A model generated the notes under the pieces. That model made no database searches and had not been told where the DNA came from. It was given only the letters and a program-made list of their open reading frames with translations. From Candidatus Methylomirabilota bacterium (GTDB lineage: Bacteria; Methylomirabilota; Methylomirabilia; Rokubacteriales; CSP1-6), in the NCBI GenBank assembly GCA_046726415.1, contig JBKPAK010000160.1:1-11318 (forward strand): a stretch of 11,318 bases of DNA, written 5' to 3'. The stretch's first letter is position 1. Each line of letters opens with the position of its first letter. This document shows positions 6,334 through 11,318 of the stretch, one piece after another. The translations under genes and the position numbers were made by a program.

Positions 6334-8181
6334 GGTGCCGAGAACGCCTGTTCCGTCAACTGGGCCTTTGTCCCGTCTAGCGCGGCCTGGCGGCCGCAAC
6401 CAAGCCGAGGCGACCCGGCTGCGCCGGCTCGCTTTCGGAACCGACCAAGCATCTCATCTGGCTGACGACCGGGACCATGATCGAACGCCGCTGGGCGTCC
6501 CGGGACCGAGACGGCTGACCCCGAGCGTGGCGATCAGGGGCCGATGGGACCGACGCGTTCCGCCGAGTTCGCCCCGGGGAAGAATCGGATTTCTCTCGGG
6601 ATCGAGGCTTCGAGCCAGCGTCCTCAGCGCAAGGACCTTGCCTTCCCGCCCGCGTTCGTGGGCGATCCACGGATGGATCAGTTCATCGCCAGACACGTCA
6701 ACAAGCTGCAGGGCACGCTGTCATGCTTCGACCGGTGTTGTTCCGAGGGTACCTGCCGTGCTTCAGTGGCTACGCGATGGCGAGCTTTCTGGAGAGCCGG
6801 GGGATCTACCGGCGCGACGTGAAGCGGTTCGTGCTGACTCAGGCCTATCGGCTCAAGGACCACGCCCGCCAGCTGGCCGAGCGGGATGGGATCCGGGAGG
6901 GCTGGTCTGCGTCTTCGCCACGGTCGAACCCTGCCGCACCTTTTCCCTGCGCTGGCGCGAGGGGTCGGCGTTCATCCAGTCCGCCCGCCGCAAGTGCCTC
7001 ATCCTCTACTACTACTTCATGGATCGGGACCTCGGGCTGATTCACGTACGCCTGCAGACGTGGTTTCCGCTGCAGATGCAGGTGTACGTGAACGGGCACG
7101 AGTGGTTGGCGCGGACACTCACGCGCCACGCCGTCCGGTACACCAAGCAGGACAATGCGTTTCTGTGGCTCGAGGATTTCGCGCGCGCACAGCGCTTCGC
7201 GGATCGCTTCGTGAGCCTGGGGTGGGTGGCTCTCCGGGATCGATATGCGCGGCGCGTGACCCCCTTGCTCCCGGGGGTCCTGGCTCCGAGGCAGTACTAC
7301 TGGGTCACCGCGCAGTCCGAGTACGCCACCGACTTGGTTTTCAAGCGCCGCCAGCACTTGGCGGAGCTCTTTCCTCGGCTGGCGGCGCCCAGCCCCCTGA
7401 CCTTCACGGCGCAGGATGTCAGGAGCATCCTCGGCCGGAAGTTCCACGGCAAGTTCGAGGGCGAGGTGGGCACCGACCAGGCGGGGCCCCTCCCCGGCCG
7501 CATCCCCGGGCGACGGGTGAAGCATCGGATGAAACACAACTGGCTCAAGATGTATGACCTCAGGGTCGAGACGGTGATCAATCAGCCTGAGGAATTCCGC
7601 GTCCGCCGCCGCGGGCGTCGCCGCGGCCGGCGACGGACCGAGTGGGTGCCTTTGCGGAAGAGTGGGGCCTCCCGCTTCCGGTATCGCGACGTCTCGGCAC
7701 AGAGCACCGCGATATCAACGCCTTGGCGCAGGTCGACGATCCCACCCCGAGCCTGCGGGACCTCGACGCCATCACGACTCGGAAGCGTCCGGCCACCGGC
7801 CGGACGGTCACGGCTTTTCACCCCGTGGCCCGGCCAGAACCCCAACTCTTCGTCGCCCTCATGAGCGGCGAGCATGCCGTGCACGGGTTCGCGAACCGCG
7901 ATCTCCGGGCCAAGCTCGCGGGTAGTGCCGTTCGCCTCAGCGAGGATCCGAAGCGGCAGAGTGCGCAGGTCAGTCGGCTCCTTCATCGGCTCCACGCCTA
8001 CGGGTTGGTGGCGAAGATCCCGCGATCGCGGCGCTGGCGGGTGACTGGATTTGGGCATCGCGTCATGGGCGCCTCGGTCCGACTACGGAACCAAGACTTC
8101 CCCGCTTCCTATGCGCGCGCAGCGTGACGCCGTCGAAGAACTTCATCGCAAAAAGCAGAGAACTAACGCCGGAAGAATCTA
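6334..8181 (+). mobile_element. Putative IS-like element, decayed, unclassified; no terminal inverted repeat or target-site duplication seen; boundaries approximate
   Basis: The left-end 45-mer is repeated at 551-595. It has a ~340-bp non-coding leader, a single ORF (6673-8127), and a short A-rich tail (CGCAAAAAGCAGAGAACTAACGCCGGAAGAATCTA) followed directly by an unrelated gene remnant. Confidence 0.6.
6673..8127 (+). pseudogene. Putative transposase/Rep-like protein with C-terminal winged-helix (MarR-like) domain; frameshifts at ~6735, ~6901 and ~7708
   Basis: Joining frames gives MDQFIARHVNKLQGTLSCFDR|VLFRGYLP..SGYAMASFL...ERDGIREG|LVCVFATVEPC...RKCLILYYYFMDRDLGLIHVRLQTWFPLQMQVYVNGHEWLAR...DNAF...QSEYATDLVF...RVKHRMKHNWLKMYDLRVETVINQP...LRKS...|NALAQVDDP...GFANRDLR...QVSRLLHRLHAYGLVAKIPRSRRWRVTGFG...*. 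I recognise it as a family usually labelled hypothetical or MarR-type; the transposase role is inferred. Confidence 0.75.
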
Positions 8182-8523
8182 CGCGCCCGTGTACCCACGC
8201 GCGCGCGAGCCGCGCGCCCTCCGCGGGTCTCCCGTTCGCGAGCGCACGCTCGGCCCGGAGGTGATCCAGCAGCGCCTCTCCCTGGGCCTGCAGCCACCCC
8301 TGAAGCGTGTGCGCGGAAATCGCGCGGAGGCGCGGGCCAGGCCGAGGTGCAGCAAGTTCTGTCCGTAGATGCGGTTGGCCTGCTGCATGATCGTGTGGAG
8401 TCCGCGCGCCCGCATGGGCCGATCCTCGCGGGCGAGCAGGCTCGGCACGAGCGGGTGCACGATCAGGACGACCTCGGCACCGGCCTCGGCGGCGAGGTCG
8501 GCATGCCCGCTGAAGCCCACTGC
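8182..8523 (-). pseudogene. C-terminal remnant of a probable patatin-like phospholipase, with an apparent internal deletion/frameshift at ~8301
   Basis: AVGFSGHADLAAEAGAEVVLIVHPLVP...GLHTIMQQANRIYGQNLLHLGL...FPRTRF resembles the segment following the patatin DGG motif. A second frame continues QGWLQAQGEALLDHLR. The N-terminal GxSxG part is absent. Confidence 0.55.
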
Positions 8524-8743
8524 CACTGTTTGGCTCCACGCAGCGGCCGCCGCGGGCGGCGCCGGGCCGAGGTGAGGAACGGTGGTGCCAGATCGATGCC
8601 GAGGGGACGACGCTGGTATTACGGCCCGGTGAAGACCTGGCTCTTGCGCCGATTAGAGCGGACATTGGGTCAACGGACGGACTGGGCGAGGAACGGCGAA
8701 GTGGACAGGCCCGGTCACCGGCGGGCTCCGGGGGCGGCCGGGA

Positions 8744-9542
8744 GGCGAGATCGGCGAGCCCCAAGACAGAGCGGGACGCGCGACGGGGGCTGGTGACCGA
8801 GGAGCTTCACGTTCGGTGGGACGGCGCCGGCCAGGGGCCGGACATCTCGGTCGGTGCCGCCCACGAACAGCAACTCGACGTCCGGAAACGAGGATGCGAT
8901 CGAGACCGTCTCCTCCGCCCCTCGACCCTGATACAGGTGCCCCGAGTGAACGACGTGCTGCCGCTCGACGGGAAGGCCCAGCCGTCGCCGCGCCTCCTGG
9001 GGAGAAAGCGACTCGCGGTATTGCGCCGGGCCATGCCCGTTGTGCGCGACCAGGCAGCGCTGCCGTAGGAGGGGCACTTCCTCCGCGACGATGTCGAGGA
9101 GCCGCTGCGAACAGAACGCCCACGCGCGCACGGCCGACAACTGGCTGAGGCTCTGGGCGGCCCGGCGAAGGCGGACTGACTCGGGCGGGAAATGCGCATG
9201 CGACTTGACGACGACCCTGGCCCCGAGCATCGCCGCCCGCGCTGCGATCGTCGCATCCGAGGCCATCATCAGGTCGGGCCGAAATAGCATCGACACGAGC
9301 GGGGCCACGCGTCCATAAACGCGCCGCGACTGACCGAGTGGAATGTGACGACGCGGGAAGACTCCCGAAAGCGCGAAGTCGCCCCACACCTTCGTCAGGT
9401 CCCTCGCGCGCCCCTCGTGCCAGGGAGCCACCACGACCACGTCATGCCGGCACTCGGCGAGCGCCGAGACCATCTCGAGGGTGAATACGGCGTGAGCTGA
9501 GCCGGAAGGAAGAAGCGTCTCGGAGATCCAGACGATCTTCAC
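8744..9542 (-). pseudogene. GT4 glycosyltransferase, 3'-truncated
   Basis: GTG start at 9542 is coupled to the upstream stop. MKIVWISETLLPSGSAHAVFTLEMVSALA...VAHNG...EARRRLGLP...HSGHLYQGRG...LFVGG...NVKLLGHQPPSRVP..(LADLA). The expected P.K..EY.A.G region never follows. Confidence 0.82.
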
Positions 9543-10411
9543 TGCAGCGCCCGCCGGACGTACCTCAATGCTCGGCGCCCTTGCTTGAACGCCCACCGCG
9601 GAACCCGCCCGCCCGGCAGGAAGACGCCGATCTGCTCCAGATGGCGTGGCCACCGCTCGAGGGACCAGCGCAGCGTTCCGTCACGCTCGAGCGTATGCGT
9701 CGCGTCCTCGACGGTGAAGAAGACGTCCCCGAGAAGGCTCTTGTTCCTCTGCGCCTCGGGGGTGGCCCAGAACGCCACCTTGCCGCCCCGGTAACCGTGG
9801 TTCTGGTGCACCGCCGTCACGATCGTGGCATCGACCAGGGCGGCCATTCGCTGTCGCGTCCGGTACATGAGCCAGTTGTCCCATGCCGTGCGACCGATCG
9901 CGAACGGGGGGATATCCCCGAGCAGTCCCACCGGGAAGACGAAGTAGTCGGTGCCATTCATTGAGTAAAGGACTCCCTGAGCCTGCACGTCGGCGCGGAG
10001 CTTGGTCTCCCAGTCAGGCGAGGCGAAGTCGATGAGCTCGGTCTGGTCGAAGTCCGTGCGCCGGCCGACCATCATGAACTTGGCCTTCTGCCGAGCCACC
10101 TGCTCGACAGCCCACACGAAATCGCCGAACAGGATGATGTCGGCGTTCACGTAGCAAAGGATCCGGTGACGGGCCAAGCGCTCTGCTGCACCGAAGAGCG
10201 CGTTCACCAGGGGTACCCCCACGTCGTTGCATGCCACCTCGGGCTCGTGGCGAATCCCGAGCTCGGCCGCGAGCTCGGCCGTTCCCGCGTCCCGCCCGAG
10301 CAGGATGACCTCGACCCTGGGGCCCAGCTTCGTCCAGCTGGTGATCGCGTTCCGCTGGATGACGCCGATGTGTCCGTCGAATGCCTTCGGTGTGGTGAAG
10401 AGTGTCAGCAT
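9539..10411 (-). CDS. GT-A-fold (GT2-like) glycosyltransferase, 290 aa, intact
   Basis: MLTLFTTPKAFDGHIGVIQRNAITSW...LCYVNADIIL (nucleotide-sugar-binding NAD/DxD-like)...VGRR...GTDYFVF...FAIGRTAWDNWL...AVHQNH. Confidence 0.85.
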   Translation of the reverse strand: MLTLFTTPKAFDGHIGVIQRNAITSWTKLGPRVEVILLGRDAGTAELAAELGIRHEPEVACNDVGVPLVNALFGAAERLARHRILCYVNADIILFGDFVWAVEQVARQKAKFMMVGRRTDFDQTELIDFASPDWETKLRADVQAQGVLYSMNGTDYFVFPVGLLGDIPPFAIGRTAWDNWLMYRTRQRMAALVDATIVTAVHQNHGYRGGKVAFWATPEAQRNKSLLGDVFFTVEDATHTLERDGTLRWSLERWPRHLEQIGVFLPGGRVPRWAFKQGRRALRYVRRALQ

Positions 10412-10491
10412 GGAAAGCAGCGGCGCTAGCTACCTATGCCACGCGACCGTCGGGGCTGTCAAGCCGACGTGGTGCTGCGGCGGCGGCTTCA

Positions 10492-10500
10492 TGGTACACT
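10492..10500 (+). promoter_or_regulatory. Candidate extended -10 promoter element for the FkbM gene
   Basis: TG-G-TACACT in the divergent intergenic region, 22 bp upstream of the ATG at 10523. Confidence 0.45.
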
Positions 10501-10522
10501 CGCTGCCGCTTTGCGCCAGGGC

Positions 10523-11318
10523 ATGGACGGAGATCGATCGCTCAAGGCGCGGGTGCTGCGATTCGCGAAGCGGCCGTGGGCGGAGAAGGAGCTTTTCCTC
10601 CGGCGTCGCTTCAAGCGGGCGTGGAACCGCGTCCTCGCGGGGACACCGATCCCCGTTCGGCTTCCCTACGGGGCCTGGTGACTGGCGACGAACGACGCCG
10701 CCAGCGAGGCGATCTTCGCCGGGCACTTCGAGCCGGCCGAGATGCACCTCGTGGAGCGGTATCTGCGTCCCGGAATGACAGTGCTGGATATCGGGCCCAC
10801 CAAGGGTTTTACACGTTGCTCGCCGCCAAGCAGGTCGGCTCGACAGGTCGGGTCATCGCCTTCGAGCCGTCGCCTCGGAGCTGGAGCGGCTGAGGACACA
10901 CCTCCGCCTGAATCACGCCACCAACGCGGAGGTCGTCGAGCTGGCGCTCGGCGCCGAGGAGGGGCAGGCCCAGTTCTTCGTCGTGGAGGGTTTGGAGAGC
11001 GGCTTCGACAGCCTCAGGCCGCCGGACGTAGCCGACCCGCGACGTCAGATCGTCGTGCAGAGGCGCACCCTTGACCAGGTGTGCCTGGAGAGAAGCATCG
11101 AGGTCGTCGACTTCGTCAAGCTCGATGTCGAAGGGGGTGAGCTCGACGTGTTCCGCGGGGGAGAGACGTTCTTTCAGCGAGCGCCGCGTCCCATCGTGCT
11201 CTGCAAGATCGCCGACCGACGGACCGAGCCCTGGGGCTATCCGGCGCATCGGATCATCGAGGAGTTCGAGCGCCTCGGCTTCCGCTGGTATTCCCCGCGG
11301 ACCGACGGCTCGCTGGAA
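10523..11318 (+). pseudogene. FkbM-family methyltransferase with an in-frame TGA (10679-10681) and frameshifts at ~10794 and ~10878; runs off the window
   Basis: MDGDRSLKARV...PYGAW*LATNDAASEAIFAGHFEPAE...LRPGMTVLDIG|AHQGFYTLLAAKQVGSTGRVIAFEPSPR|ELERLRTHLRLN...LALG...TLD...VDFVKLDVEGGELDVFRG. Confidence 0.9.

Noticed and set aside
1165-6399. Long alternative-frame and antisense ORFs (1165..2475, 2161..2988, 3242..4942, 5644..6399 and similar)
   Set aside because: They are Arg/Ala/Pro/Gly-rich shadows of real genes, expected in high-GC DNA, with no recognisable motifs.
7642-8127. Stand-alone MarR-family regulator
   Set aside because: It is the frameshifted C-terminal domain of the 6673-8127 ORF and has no independent start.
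6334-8181. Classical DDE IS with terminal inverted repeats
   Set aside because: The reverse complement of the right tail shares only a few short words (such as TTCCG) with the left end. I found no flanking duplication or clear DDE motif.
10679-10681. Selenocysteine or TGA=Trp recoding in the FkbM gene
   Set aside because: TGA is the normal coupled stop for many genes here, and the gene has other lesions. A TGG>TGA mutation or base error is simpler.

Overview
A GC-rich, heavily mosaic bacterial window. From left to right: (1) an N-terminal fragment of a large serine recombinase (1-237). (2) Three tandem ~63-bp G-rich repeats (392-580) whose core matches the left end of a putative mobile element 5.8 kb downstream. 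(3) A ~5.3-kb block of surface-polysaccharide genes (~596-5930) that starts and ends mid-gene: glycan-related protein tail, CelD/BcsL-type GNAT, two SAM methyltransferases, flippase, GT2 and a GT4 tail. (4) A decayed ~1.85-kb putative IS-like element (~6334-8181) with a long, hairpin-rich leader and a pseudogenised ORF carrying a KMYD..LRVE motif and a C-terminal winged helix; I see no terminal inverted repeats or target-site duplication. (5) A patatin-like remnant. (6) A second glycan cluster: truncated GT4, intact GT-A glycosyltransferase and a broken FkbM methyltransferase. The best novelty candidate is the element in (4), together with the amplified copies of its left end that abut the truncated foreign block. 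Many frameshifts are single-base losses in G/C runs, so long-read errors or a chimeric assembly remain real alternatives. All family calls come from motif recognition by eye; no searches were run.
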